This document shows, piece by piece, positions 11,948-25,477 of a stretch of 64,000 bases of DNA; position 1 is the first letter of the stretch, and each line of letters opens with the position of its first letter. The notes under the pieces are model-generated. The model did not search any database. It worked only from the letters and a program-made list of their open reading frames with translations, and was not told the DNA's origin. The position numbers were made by a program, and so were the translations under genes. This stretch comes from Octopus vulgaris (Eukaryota), in contig OX597822.1 of the NCBI GenBank assembly GCA_951406725.2, positions 87,234,001 to 87,298,000 of the forward strand, in the 5' to 3' direction.

Positions 11948-13848
11948 GTAATACATTCATGTTCTGATTTGTAATATCATCTGCGAACTACTTACATTTT
12001 CACGTTATAAATACTCATGTTTATATCTGTTTACTTGCCCACATAGCCACAACTCTTTCACCCTTCAACCCCACCCATTTTGGCCATCTGCTTCTCCATC
12101 CCCTCATTTTCCTTCCCATATAAACCTGCAAACTGACCACCCTTGCCTTTATTTATCTCTTGCTGCTCCGACTGATCATTTTCTCTTTCTCTCTTTCCTT
12201 TTCCCCTACTAGACAAGAATAGCCATGCAGATCCTCTACAAAAACCTGCTCTGCTCCCTAACCTTCTCATAGTGATCCCCTTGTACCTTAGCATGAAGTT
12301 GACTTTACTCCTCCCGCATGGTGACCTCAATAATGCAGGTGTGTAAAAGTGGTTGGTGTTAGGTAAGGACACCCAGCAGTAGAAACCATACCAAAGCTGA
12401 TGTTGGAGCCTGATGTACTCTTTTGACACATCAGATACTGTCAAATTAGCCAACCCATGCCAGCATGGAAAATGAGCATTAGATGATGATGATTTAAACT
12501 GTAAATATCTTTTTATTGTCAAAATATTGTTTCATGTTGTCTCACAATCATAAGGCCTTTTCATGACAATTTATTTTATCAGTGCTGTTGACGACTTCAT
12601 CCTTCAGAACCAGGGAACCAATACCAGTCATGCATTGACCCTAATCTAATAGTCTACATTTGTAGCCTTCTTCATCATCGGTTAACATCTGTTTTCCATT
12701 CTGGCATGGGTTGGATGGTTTGACAGGAGGTGGTAAGGCTGGGGGCTGCACCCAGCTCCATTGTTTGTTTTGGCAAGGCTTCTATGGCTGCATGCCCTTC
12801 CTAATGTCAAGAACTTTACAGAGTGTACTGGGTGCTTTTTATCAGCACCAACAGGGTCACCAAGTAATTTGCAAGACACAAACCCGCCTCAGCTGGGAGG
12901 AGGGAGTTGTTAGTTGTTTTTCTTTCTTTCTTTTTTTTTTTTTTCACTTTTGTGTTTATTCTAAGAAGATGGTGACTTTGATGGAGGGAAAAGGGTAGTA
13001 GTAGTAGTAGTAGCAGCAGCAGCAGCATTGGTGGTGTCTCACATACCTGTTTAGTAATATGAGAAACTTGGCTGGAAATTGTGTTGAGTTGATTATAAAT
13101 GCAGAGAGAACAAAATAATATAATATTGATGAAAGGAGAAAAACAGAACAATCTTGAATTGAAGAAGGAGAAGGAGGAGGAGGAGAAGAGGAAGAAGATG
13201 AGGGAGAAGATGAAGGAACAGAAGGAGAAAAAAGAGGGGAAGTGAAGAAGAAGGAGGAGAAGAATAAGTTGAAGGGGAGGAGTAGGTTGAGGAGGAGGAG
13301 GAGGCAGCTGGTTTTGTATGTCTGATGTATTGATTGATTTCCCAGCCAAAACAAACTGCTTTTCTTGGTCTGCACCTGAGATGGGAACAGTAGCAACAGT
13401 ATGGTTGCACTGGCCTACCTCACCCCACCTTCTCACTTTCTCTTGGTCTTTTACTTGAATTCTCATTCCCACCACCATTTCTTTCTCTTTTGGACAACTT
13501 CCTTCCTTGCCATTCTCAGCATCTTCTCTGCTGCTTCACTCTTCCTACTCTCGTTCCCCCTCTTTCATTTTCTTTTATCTCTCCCACCACCACCCCTTCA
13601 TTCTTTCACATCTCACCAACAGTTTTCACTTTAGCCTCTTTTATATTGTTTAGTTTATATATTCATAAGAGCAGGTATTGCTGTGCAGTAAGAAGCTTTC
13701 TTCCAAACTACATGGTTCTGAGTTCAGTCCCACTGTGTGGCATCTCGTGCAAGTGTCTTTTACTATAAGTTCAGGCCAACCAAAACCTTGTGAATGAATT
13801 TGGCAGATATAAACTGAAAGTAGCCTGTCATGTATGTACGTATATATA

Positions 13849-14767
13849 TTGGGTTGTTCCGTAAATAATGCTTTTTGTAATTCCATGAACTAAAAGTTGG
13901 AGGGAGACACAATAAACTATCTGCATCAACTTGCTATAAAAGCAGGTAGTAATTTTACCTTTTACTTATTCTTAGTGCAAGTTTTGAAGAGTGCAGTACA
14001 ATTGTAACAGTTATTCTTTCAAAGCTATAATGAAAGTGACAAAGGAGCATATTCAGCATATTTTGCTTTATGAGTTCAATAAAGGCAACAACACAATGGA
14101 AAGTGTGAGGAATATTAATGCAGTACGTGGGGATCGGACAATAAGTGTAAGCCAGTGTCAATGGTGGTTCCAGAAATTCCAAGTTGGAAAGTACTGCTTA
14201 GAAGATGGTCCTCATCCTGGAAGATCTGTGGAGCTCAATGAGGATGTCTTGCAAACCCTGGGAGAACAAAATCCCATCCTGACTGTTGAGGAACTAGCAG
14301 AGAAGCTTGGATTTGGTAATTTAACCAGTCACTCAAGTCAGCACTATAAGAAAAGCGACCGTCTTTGGTTTCAAGATGAAAGGTGTTCTTCCATCAGGAT
14401 AATGTTCGGCCATAATCAGTGAAGATGACATTCCAAAGGCTGGAGCAGTTTGAATGGTATATGATGCCCCACCCACCATATTCGCTGAACATTGCCCCGT
14501 CTGATTATCATGTATTCCGCAGTCTTCAAAATCATTTGGATGGAAAAAATATGAATTCTGTAGATGAGATCAGAACAGTACTGGAGGAGTATTTTTCATC
14601 ATGGACAAGTGAATTTTGGAAGAAGGGCCTTGCAAATCTACCAGATAGAGGGAAGAACATTGGAGAGAATGAAAGAGTATATTTCAGATTAAAAAAGAAC
14701 TTTGTATATCTTAATTTTTAAAAATAAAAGAAGTATAAAAAACTGCATTATTTATGGAATAACCCCA
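13849..14767 (+). mobile_element. Mariner transposon, internally deleted, with TIRs
   Basis: TIR ttgggttgttccgtaaataatgc / gcattatttatggaataacccca, flanked by TA; HILLYEFNKG, EDGPHPGR and PHPPYSLNIAPSDYHVFRSL motifs. Confidence 0.9.
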
Positions 14768-14818
14768 TATATATATATATATATACATACATACATACAG
14801 TCTGAGGCATATATATGA

Positions 14819-15300
14819 ATGGGTAAATTGTCGCCATTTTATATTTGTAATTTTGTGTTTTTGATTTTGTTGACTACACAGTATCATAGGGTCAGTTGAG
14901 CACCATTTGTGAGAAAGACAGCTCCATGATGCAATTCACTCTGCCAGAAATTCGGAAATGACATGATGTATTGCTTGGCATTCATGCCAGAAGCTCCAAT
15001 ACAAACATTTCAGAGTGTTTTGGAGTCAAGCTGAGGGCAGTGCATGTATCGAGAGTGATAAAAATCAAACATCCAGTCAACATCATGGTGTTTGGAGTGA
15101 TCATACCTCCATTCATCTTCTCACACAGCCTCAGACTCAACAGAGAGGCCTACATCAAGTGCCTGGAGGAGGTAATGCTGCTCTGGGTCAAGAGGGTGGC
15201 TACTGGAAGACACTATATCTAGCAACAGGACTCTGCACCATGCCACACAAACAGGAGAACCTAGTCATTGCTGTCAGACAATTTCTGTAACCACATCAGG
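14819..15300 (+). mobile_element. Internally deleted Tc1/mariner (maT-like) element
   Basis: KHPVNIMVFGV, RLNREAYIKCLEEV and QQDSAPCHT motifs. Confidence 0.75.
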
Positions 15301-16448
15301 CACATGTACTCTTCAAGCACATTTCAGTGCAAAGTGATTTGCAGTAATGTGGGTGAGAAAGTACTAAGATAGGAAGAAGGTGGTGAGGGCATAGGAAGGG
15401 TTGCTGGGAGAGGTTCTGGTTCAAAAGGTGGTGAGGGTGGGGATGGGTGGGTGTATTGCACACATGAAAAGGCTCCTGACAACATTAAGAGGGGAATATG
15501 AACTTTACGGGAGAGACAAAATGCATAGATTTTCAATGTGCCCCAGCATGGCCGTGACCTTCGGGCTTAAACATTTTTAAGGATGTAAGGATTTATCAGA
15601 ATCAGCCTATATTGGAGATATCAAGAAAGAAAAAAAACAAAAGAAAAAAATGGAATGTCAAGATGTGTTCACTTTCAGAAGAGATCCAGTAATAAATGAG
15701 GGTGGAGATGAAATACATTTACAAAACACAGAGTATTGGAGGCAAACAAGAATGACATCAAATGAAAATAAAACAGGTTAGTATTAACAGGGTAGAAATG
15801 CAAGTAGTGAATGAATAAAATTAAAAGCAAGGAAACAAATCAAAAGAGCTTATCTGGTCATAGCTTTTCACTTGCATATGAAAGTGTGTTATAGCTAGGG
15901 GCTTTGAATTTGAGAAACAGCAGTGGCACTACCTTTTGCTGGTGGTAGAAGTGGGATTTGGTTTCAAATCTCCTAGGAAGATACTTACAGAAAATGTATA
16001 AAACTTCCATCCTCTGTAAGTAACTCTTCTCTAATAATGCAGTCTATCCTCCAAAATTTTCACTTGAGAGCAGAGAAAGAAATAAACTACAGATGCAACA
16101 GAAATGACAAGCAATCATCACATTGATATCCTGCTACATCTGTGTATTGTAGTCTACTATCATCTTGATAGCACACTAAAATCGTTTTTAACATGTGGGC
16201 AATCTAGCCTGTTTTATTCACACCCATATTATACTGTACAATACATGCATTATAAAGATGAGGGCAGCTGCATCGAACTCTCTCATGCACCAAATGGCAA
16301 TTGCTAAAAAGCATTTGTGAAGTAAACACCAAATGGCGGTGCCCCTGATAAAGATAAAATATATACATACATATTTTATACAATACTTATTTGGATCTGG
16401 GCTTTTCAATATATCATTTATTTATTTTAGTTTCATTTATTTTCACAG

Positions 16449-16661
16449 CTAAACATGGAGTCAGCGAATCTGTCATTCAATATACTTCAGTCTATTCTTG
16501 ATGCTTCAAAGAAGCTTTATGATGTGATGGGTCACCAGACAGAAAACCTCCTTCAGCTTGCCATTGATTCTTTATCAAATATTGTTGAAGCTTCGTCAAC
16601 ATCACTGGATTCTTCAACATTCATTGTGAAGTCATCAGATGTAGCAAATGGATTTATTACA
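16449..16661 (+). CDS. PKD1L1: PKD1L1-like exon: LNMESANLSFNILQS...SSDVANGFIT
   Basis: tttcacAG / GTaagt; phase 0/0; matches ORF 16455..16718. Confidence 0.85.
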
Positions 16662-17107
16662 GTAAGTATTATTATGTGCATTTATAGGTCTCTGCAGCTG
16701 TCCAGTGTGTGTGTGTGAGAGAGAGAGAGAGAAAGAGAGAGAGAGTGTGTGAGAGACAAAGTGAAAAAAGAAGGGAACTTTTATTAATGCTACATTTATG
16801 TTTACAAACACCAACAACTAATGGATACTACAGCAGAAATCCAATTCTAATGATAACATTTGAAAGAATCATTAGTATAATGATATCTTAATTCTAACGA
16901 ACATCCTATCGGTTGATTAAAATAAAATACCAGTATTATGTGTTCTTAAAAATATTTTTGCTGTTATAGTTACTGATTCAGAGTGGAAACTCCTTGGCAA
17001 ATGGTTCTTAAAATTAAACTATAAGCTGAATCATTTCATTTGCAATAAACATCACATAATTACAATCCTATCATTGAAAGATATGCGACATAATAATAAT
17101 AATGATG

Positions 17108-17146
<39 letters not shown>

Positions 17147-17149
<3 letters not shown>

Positions 17150-18843
17150 GAACTGACAGCATATGGAAGAAGTTTAGGGACAGTAGAAGTCAGGAGAGGC
17201 ATCTTCCAAGGGGACTGCCTGTTCCCACTGATCTTTTGTACCTTGTATGATACAACTAACACTGATTCTGAGGAAAGCAAAGGCTGGGTATGTATTCAAG
17301 AGCTGCCAACAAAATGTCAACCACTTGTTATTCATGGATGATCTCAAACTTTATGGTAAAGGTGGATCCCAAGTCATTACCCTCGTTGATACGGTGTATA
17401 CTCTCAGTGCTGATATCAGAATGGAGTTCAAACTGAAAAAATGTGGTGTGTTGAAGAGAGGAAAAATCAAATGTATGGACAGGCTAGCGATACCGTTGGG
17501 GGAGGTTATGAAGCAAATAAAAGAGATGAGCTATAAGTACTTGGGGATATTGGAAATAGATAAATTGAGAGAGAAAGAAATGGCAGAAAAATTTAAGGTG
17601 GAGTACTTGCGCAGACTTAAGTCAGAATTAAACAGACGGAATAAGATTGAAGCTATCAACACCTGGGTGGCTTCACTCCTTAGATACAGAGCGGGAGTAA
17701 TCACATAGACAATAGACAAACTAAACAGCTTAGACAGAAAGACAAGGAAGTTGTTGACAAGATATGGGATATTTCACCCAAAAAGTGACACAGACAGACT
17801 ATATGTACCAAGAAAAAGAGAGAGAAGAGGACTGATGTGAACACAGCATTAGTGCAGAAGAAAACAACATAGTATGGTATGTAAAAAATACCACAGAACC
17901 ACTATTATTGGCAGTAAGAAGGTCAGGCTTGTGTAGCATGGAAGATTGCAAAGATAAAGCACAGTACAAGCACTTGAGAATGAATGAAACTGAAAATAAG
18001 TGGATAAAGAAGAAGATGCATGGACAATTTCATAGGGATGTTGAAGATAAAACAGACAGAGATAAAAGATGGCTATGGATAACTAAAAGTGATTTAAAAC
18101 CGGGAACGGTGGCCCTAATCTGTGGTGCCCAAGAGCAAGCACTAAGAATGAATTACATCAAATACAGGATAGACAACACATCAGAAAGTGATAAGTGCAA
18201 AATTTGTGGACAAAATGGTGAAACTGTATGGCATATTACCAGATAATGTACGCCACTAGCCCAGAAAGAATATAAGAGACATCATGACAATATAGCAAGG
18301 GTTGTCCATTGGACACTCTGCAACAAGTATGGACTTCACAGAGCAAAAAAGTTGTATGAACATAAACTTGAAGGCATCATTGAAAATGATAATGCAAAAA
18401 TCCTATGGGATTTTATGATACAATGCAACCAAGAGATAGAGAATAGGAAACCATTCATAGTGTTAATTGAGAAAGAAAGCAAACTATGCAGGATCATAGA
18501 TATAGCATGCCCAGCTTACAACAAGGTGTGCGATAAGGAAGAAAGAAAAGTCGAGAGATATGATGGATTAGCTTGGGAGGTAAAGCAGTTGTGGTCGATG
18601 AAGAAGATGATAGTGGTACCAATAATTGTCGGAGCCCTGGGAACAGTGAGTAAAAACCTTGAGAAGTACATGGAACAAATAGGGGCTGCATATAAGGGTG
18701 GAGCACTTGCAGAAAACAGCACTACTTGGAACTGCTCAAATACTCCAGAAGGTGCTCGAAAAATAAGAGGTGTTACCTTAGTTCACTGGTAGTGAATAGT
18801 TGACACTGTAGTACATCTCCAGCGTTAGAAGCTGTGCAAAGGC
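17147..18843 (+). mobile_element. R4/Dong-clade non-LTR retrotransposon (RT + CCHC + restriction-like endonuclease), 5'-truncated, decayed
   Basis: RGIFQGDC..P, HLLFMDDLKLY, CKICGQNGETVWHI, ILWDF..NRKP.IV..CRIIDIACP, VPIIVGALG; (AAT)n on both sides. Confidence 0.9.
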
Positions 18844-20693
18844 AATAATAATAATAATAATAATTGCACTTTCATTTTATTTCCTACCGGGGCACATCTA
18901 TTCATATAGAAAGTTCACATATATGTTACAAAATATGTGTCAATATGAACCAAACAAAATTACATGAAGAGTTAAAAATGTTGTCCAGTATACTGAGATT
19001 TGCTAAAAGTTTCTCCATTACAACAAAATCATTGAGTGAATAGGTTTGGTAGTACAAACATGATTAGTAAATATATATTTGTCTATATGTATTCATGCCA
19101 GCGTGTGTAAAGAAGTACCTGTGCTGGTGCCACGTAAGATAAAGCACTCAGTACACCCTATCAAGTGGTTGGCATTAGAAAGGGCATCCAACCAAAGACA
19201 TCAAAGCCAAACTCTCCAACTTGCTAGCTCTGGTCAAACAACTTAACCTATGCCAACATGGAAAACAGATGTTAAATGATGATGATGATGTTGATGGCTA
19301 TATGTGTGTATGTATACAGTATTTATTTAACTAGCAGGAGTTACACAATGATTCAAGGACCAGATGTTTGATAAGTGCCATGCACAAGACTCTCAACCCT
19401 TGAGTCACTTTGTCACTTTTGCTCCTAAAGAATATAAAAAATAAAAAAAACGGAATATATAAACACAGATATAATTTATGGAATACACTCAACCCCTTAG
19501 TGGGATAAGGGATCCTAGCATCTCCGATCTTCATCTGTACTCTGCACTTTTATCCAAGTAATGAATATTATCTACCTTGAAAATACCCAAGAGCAGTTGG
19601 ATTGTTGGGGGCAAGCACAAAATTTCTCCATTGCTGTTCAGATTTATGGACAGTTTTGCATAGAACACAAATTGAATACCAATAAAAATATGGAAGAGTG
19701 GAGAGCGCATCAAATATCACCTACTTAAAGTGTTTTTTATAAGCAGCCTATCTTCCACATGGTCCACGTAATTGGAACCCATCTCTCGTGACCTTGCGCT
19801 ACCAGCTCAATTAAGTACAGTTCTGATGGGTCTCTGGTCTTGAGGTGATAATAAAAAGTTGCATATTCATTAAGAATCTCACCCATTTTTGTCATTCCTG
19901 ATTCTTTCAGCAGTAATCACCTGTCTCTACTCTACCGCAAAGGTGACAAGTTAAGGGCAATATTATTGCCAACAGCAGTGTCAGCTCATATGATCGATAT
20001 ATTGCCTCACAAATTATGGGTTGAGGGTTTTTTATCTACAAGCCCTACCTCAACAAACAGAGGAGATTATTGCTCCACACACTTATCAGGGCTGCTTCAA
20101 GTTGTTCTCTTGGGAGTATGAGAGAACTTCTGCTCTTGACAGAAGTAGACAGTCTTCTTCCTCTCTTATTATTGCTGAAGAGCTCTGATAAAAGACGTAC
20201 CCTTCCTTGTAGCATTACACTGCCAGACAGATTTTCCTTCTTGACCAGGTAGTTCATAATCAGCACTCATTTGGTTCTAGTGGTGTTAGTAAAGGAAAAC
20301 TAACCCCTTCTTTTTCAGTTTTCTTTAATTGGTGTAAAGGTGTGTGTCTGCATTGCTGTTACAAATGTTGCTGGAATTATCTACCAAAAATTTATTAATC
20401 TTTCTGCATTTGTTGTCTACTTTCTACTATATAATTAGATATCCTTCTTGTTTTTATTTCCTACTGACCAGTCAAAAAGTTAAAGTATTTATAACTGTAT
20501 ACTATGCTCAGTCTGAATATGATATTAAATGATATAATGAGGACATTATTGTTTTTTAATTTCTAATCACATTACACTGTAAATTATAATTTACACTTGT
20601 ACTCTGTAAATTATACAACTCTCACAGTAGAAACTAATAGAATGCTATCATTTTAAAACACTTCTTCAATGTATTTATATTTTTTCCTATCAG

Positions 20694-20972
20694 AATGAAT
20701 TGAAGTTTGCTACGGTTGAAGAAAAACCAATCCAACACAAATCTCCTGGGATCAGTATTTATGCTGCTCGATATAATATTAACTTCAAGCCAAAACTAAC
20801 CATAGGCAAAGCATCGTTTGTCCTACCAGAAGAATTAACAAAACATGTTGATCTTAACCCTAATGATGACAAAGATTCTCCAAAGCAAGGAATCAGACGT
20901 AAATGTTATCAAGCACAGATGACATCATTTCACAAGAAAGGCTATCCTCTTGGAAGTATGGAGACTAATAAG
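20694..20972 (+). CDS. PKD1L1: PKD1L1-like exon (GAIN): NELKFATVEEKPIQH...SFVLP...YPLGSMETNK
   Basis: ttcctatcAG / GTatat; phase 0/0; matches ORF 20700..21041. Confidence 0.85.
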
Positions 20973-21242
20973 GTATATTTTACAGTTTTAGTTCCTTCTT
21001 TGTATTTTACACATCAATTTCTCTTTGTTCATGCAAACTGAACAAGTTTGTGAGCTGCAATTTGACTTCATAAGGGCTGGTGCCACAAAAGGCAAAAAAA
21101 GCACTCAGTGCTTTGTGTAAAAGGGTTGGCATTAGGAAGGCATCCGGCCATAGAAATCATGTCAGAGTAGATCCAGAAGTGCAATGATGTTTCTCTAATG
21201 AAATTCCTTGCACACTTGCATACACACTCGCTCATACTCTCC

Positions 21243-21304
<62 letters not shown>

Positions 21305-21349
21305 GAGAGATATAAATATACAGAAAAAGAGTGAGAGAGAGTGGCTAAA

Positions 21350-22177
21350 TACGAGATGCTATCGAAAGGTTCTAAGACTACTTAGGTATAATAAAAAATA
21401 ACCTATTTACCTAAGTTTTAACATGGTCTTCTTCGAAATACCTTGTGCAGCAATATTACACTAGCCCCAGTGTTCCTGCCACTTAAGCAATCGGGTCTGG
21501 AAGTTGTTTTCCGTGAGTGAATTGACGACTTTCTGGGATTCGTGCTGGATCTCAACAACAGTATTAAAATGGTGACCTTTGATCTGCATTTTCATCTTGG
21601 GGAAGAGATGGAAGTCTGCAAGGATGGGTGTGGGAGTGATGCCTTGTTGTTTTTGGCGAGAAACTTGCAAGTGAGGAGAGCTTAGTGAAAAATCCAATTT
21701 TTTGCACTCCACAGATCTGATTGTTTTCACGCAATGTCCTCCCTTAAATGCTTAACAGTAGAACTCTCAGTTGACAGTCTGGCCCTGGGGGACAAATTCT
21801 CAATGCACAATACCACATTTCCGGGATGATGCTCATGGCAGGTCTTCTAGATCACTCATTGTCTTTGAGGGCCATTCTTCCACTTTTGAAGCATCCATGC
21901 CACTCGAAACATTGCTTACAACCCATTGCCTCATTGCTGTAAGCATGCTCAATGTCTCAGTAGCAGACTTCCCAAGTTTAACGCAAAATTTCACATTGGC
22001 TCTTTGTTCTTGTCCATGACAGAATCGTAAACTACAGCATACACATGATCAGTAATGTCACTTGGCACACTACCTCACAAAGGTCACTGCTTGCTGTCAC
22101 TGTGCACACAACCATATGCTGCCATCTATTGACACATTACAGAACTAGTCTGGGAACTTCTTGATATCACCGTGTAT
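21350..22177 (-). mobile_element. Mariner remnant with TIRs
   Basis: ADFHLFPKMKMQIKGHHF motif; imperfect ~30-bp inverted termini. Confidence 0.8.
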
Positions 22178-22529
22178 ATACAGAGAGGATAAAAGTTTAC
22201 AATGAGGGGTGTTCCTAATGGCATTATTCACATTGTAATTGAAAATCATTGATTCTATGTGGGGGAGGCAACTATAGCTAACTTTAATTGTATTTCTTTT
22301 GAAGATTTTGTGGTATTTATGTGATTTGGGGAAGTGCGTATCTATGAGTTTCAGAAATTTTCTAGCTATATTGGTGATAAAAAATATAACAGGATAATAT
22401 CAAACAGACTGGAATAAATTCCTCCCCCTGTCTTTATATCTCAGCAGCAGAAGAAAATATAATTCTCATAGCTGTTGCATGCAGATATGTTTAACATTAT
22501 GTATTAATCATATGTCACATTTGTTCTAG

Positions 22530-22646
22530 GTGCAATCTCAGGTTACATCACTCAAGTTATACAGTTGCGATGGTAAAGCTATTATTGTTAACCACTTACC
22601 TAAAGAAAAACTCATTACTATTGGTATTCCATCAGAAATTAACGCA
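22530..22646 (+). CDS. PKD1L1: PKD1L1-like exon: VQSQVTSLKLYSCDGKAIIVNHLPKEKLITIGIP
   Basis: ttgttctAG / GTaagt; V.S.V.SL.L..c.G..I.V..L motif typical of PKD1-family GAIN. Confidence 0.9.
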
Positions 22647-22686
22647 GTAAGTACATAATCCTAGATATTGGTGTCATTGACTATTG

Positions 22687-22906
22687 TTGAAAGTTTAAGG
22701 GTTTTGTAAGGATTCATCTTAGCTACATTGTAGTTTTCCTGATAGAAATACTTTTATGTCAATACTTTTATTTCATGTAAAATAGCATTTAATTTATTGA
22801 AAGTTTGAGGGTTTTGTAAGGATTCATCTTAGCTACATTGTAGTTTTCCTGAAAGAAATACTTTTATGTCAATACTTTTATTTCATGTAAAATAGCATTT
22901 AATTTA
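22687..22906. repeat. 110-bp tandem duplication (2 copies, 2 mismatches)
   Basis: 22687..22796 and 22797..22906. Confidence 0.95.
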
Positions 22907-23389
22907 TCCTGTGTAATCCAGTTAAAGTAAATATTGCATGGTCAGGCTAAGTCTAAATAAGAAAAAAAAAATCCTCAAAAGTGTCTGTCAGAAAGTTGGA
23001 GAAGAGTTGAGTTACAGTTGAAGCAAGTAGAATATCTTCATGGTAGAAAAAAGAAACAACAACAAAAAAACAAAAAACAATTGTGATTGAATATAATGTA
23101 GCAAAAGTGAAAACTCTTGAATATCCGCTAATATCTCCATCATCATCATCATCATTGTTTAACGTCTGTTTTCCATGCTGGCATGGGTTGGACATACATT
23201 AACATTTACCATTACATCAGCAAACTTCAATATTGTTATCCACTGTTTGAGAGTAAAACTTACTGAAGCTTGTTTTAATTTCTGTGTTACTAAATGTCTT
23301 TAATTTTGCTGGTGATGTCATTCTGGTGGTTACTTGATGTAAAAAATGTTTAGAAAATAAATTCTTTGATTATTACTTCATTTGATCTG

Positions 23390-23580
23390 AGGCAGTGAGC
23401 AGGCAGCACTGTTAGCATGCCAGGCAAAATGCTTTGTAACATTTCATCCATCTTTATGTTCCAAGTTCAAATTCTGCCGAGGTCGATAAAGTAAGTACCA
23501 GTTGAATACTGGGGTTGATGTAATCGTATTGCTCCCCTCCTGAAATTGCTTGCCTTGTGCCAAAATTTGAAATCATTATT
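23390..23580 (+). mobile_element. tRNA-derived SINE, family B (ggcgagctggcagaa head; also ~2950..3130+, 9920..10330-, 57905..58142-)
   Basis: gagttcaaattc.gccgaggtcga B-box region and taagtaccagt core. Confidence 0.7.
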
Positions 23581-23901
23581 ACTTAGTTTGATATTATTGC
23601 ATGAAAGAATAATTTCATTAATGAGAAGGCCACAAACTTCAATTGACTCCAATCCAAGGCTGAGAAGCAAAATTAACAATATTTGAACTCAGAAGATTAA
23701 TAGTCAAAGAGCAAATACTTCAAGATCATTTAGTCCAGCATGAATCTCCATGACACCTTCTTGAATGTGGAATAAATAACATCAAGAATAAAGAAAAAAA
23801 ACATTGTTTTATGAAAAATACTAATCTCTTATGCTGTTTGCAGAGAATTGAACAATTTCTAAATTTTATATTTTATCTTTTTACCTCCCCAATAATACCA
23901 G

Positions 23902-24056
23902 GATAAAACTATTGGTAACCATACCTTATATCGGACACACATGAACATCCATCAGTTTAATGTTTCAAAATTAAATAGAAACCAATCTTTTCATGTATTG
24001 GTCAACTTTACTCCAGTATATACGAGTCAACTATTCCCTATTACTGTCTCGATAAG
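23902..24056 (+). CDS. PKD1L1: PKD1L1-like exon: DKTIGNHTLYRTHMNIHQFNVS...FPITVSI
   Basis: ccAG / GTcagt; phase 0/2; open frame. Confidence 0.8.
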
Positions 24057-25419
24057 GTCAGTATCAAATCTTTTTCCATGTCTTTTACTGTAATATTAAT
24101 TAACTGTTTCAAATACTTATTACCATTTTTACCAAGATTTCATGTAAACCATTATTCACATACACAATAAATATAACATAATGTTACTAAAAACAAAGAC
24201 CATATGGTTCTATCATATATATATTATTTGCATTTGGCACTGAGCAGTGAAATAATATTCTAATACAAATATCTTTTAGATATGAAAGAGCTGAACTTTC
24301 TGAAGCTACTAGCTGATATGAAAGCATATAACTTTTAATGAGTAAAACTGTAACAAAATTTCGTTATTACAGCAACATTTAACTCACCAGGTTAACTCAA
24401 ATTTATTATATATAATAAAATGAATATTGTATATCATCATCGATCAACGTCTGTTTTCCATGCTGGCATGGGCTGGACAGTTTGACTGAGGTCTGGAGAG
24501 CCAGTGGCTGCACCAGGCTCCAATCTGATCTGGAAAGGTTTCTACAGCTGGATGCCCTTCCAAACACCAACCACTCCAAGAGTGTCGTGGGTGCTTTTTA
24601 CGTGCCACCAGCACAGGAGCCAGTCAGGTGGACCTAGCATCGACCACATTCAGATAGTGCTTTTAACGTGCTACCAGCATGGGAGCCAGTCAATGGGCAC
24701 TGACCCCAGCTATGATTTTGGTTTTACTTGACTCAACAGGTCTTCTCAAGCATATCATATCACCTGGCACATCAGGGCATATTCTTGGCTAAATTGTGTA
24801 TGAAGAAAGAGTGAACAATGAAGTAAATTTCCAACTTTGAATTTCTTCAGTTTTCTTGGCGCTTCCATTCTGCTAATTGTTTGCCATAAAAATGTGTAGC
24901 AAATTATTTTTTTCTTTTTCTATTTAGTTTTGTAATACTCCATGAATAAATCATTTCTTTAATCAGAAATAATCTGTTTATTACTGATTAACAATAAACT
25001 TGCAGTGGTGGCAGATTGTAACACTGGAACTGTGAGCAGGAACATTCTTTTTTGATCAAAGGATCTCCTAATCACTTTATTCTTTTTATTTCTTTAAAAT
25101 AACTTCCCATATAGCAACAAAATATTTAAGTGTTGTGAGGAGGGGGGGGGGAGAAGAGAGCGAAATTCTTTATTCAAAATCTTTAATCATGAAAATAAAT
25201 ATCTTCAGAAACTTATAAACGGTCTCAAATGAAATAGAATTAAGTTATAATAGCTATCTGTGTAGCATACATAATGTATATACATTTTTGAAAGATATAC
25301 TGTTGTGCATTTTGTGTGAGAGAAAATTGCTTCACAGGCATGCTGTTGCACTGCATTTACTGAGTTTTTTACAGCCATGCAGGCATCCTGTAACATCAGG
25401 AAATGTATTATTATTATTA

Positions 25420-25477
<58 letters not shown>

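Noticed and set aside
12816-13478. 220-aa minus-strand ORF
   Set aside because: Low-complexity GA/CT tract; no domain and no splice context.
19300-20400. Possible additional PKD1L1 exon between 16661 and 20694
   Set aside because: No convincing open exon with good splice sites; the flanking exons join in frame and read plausibly.
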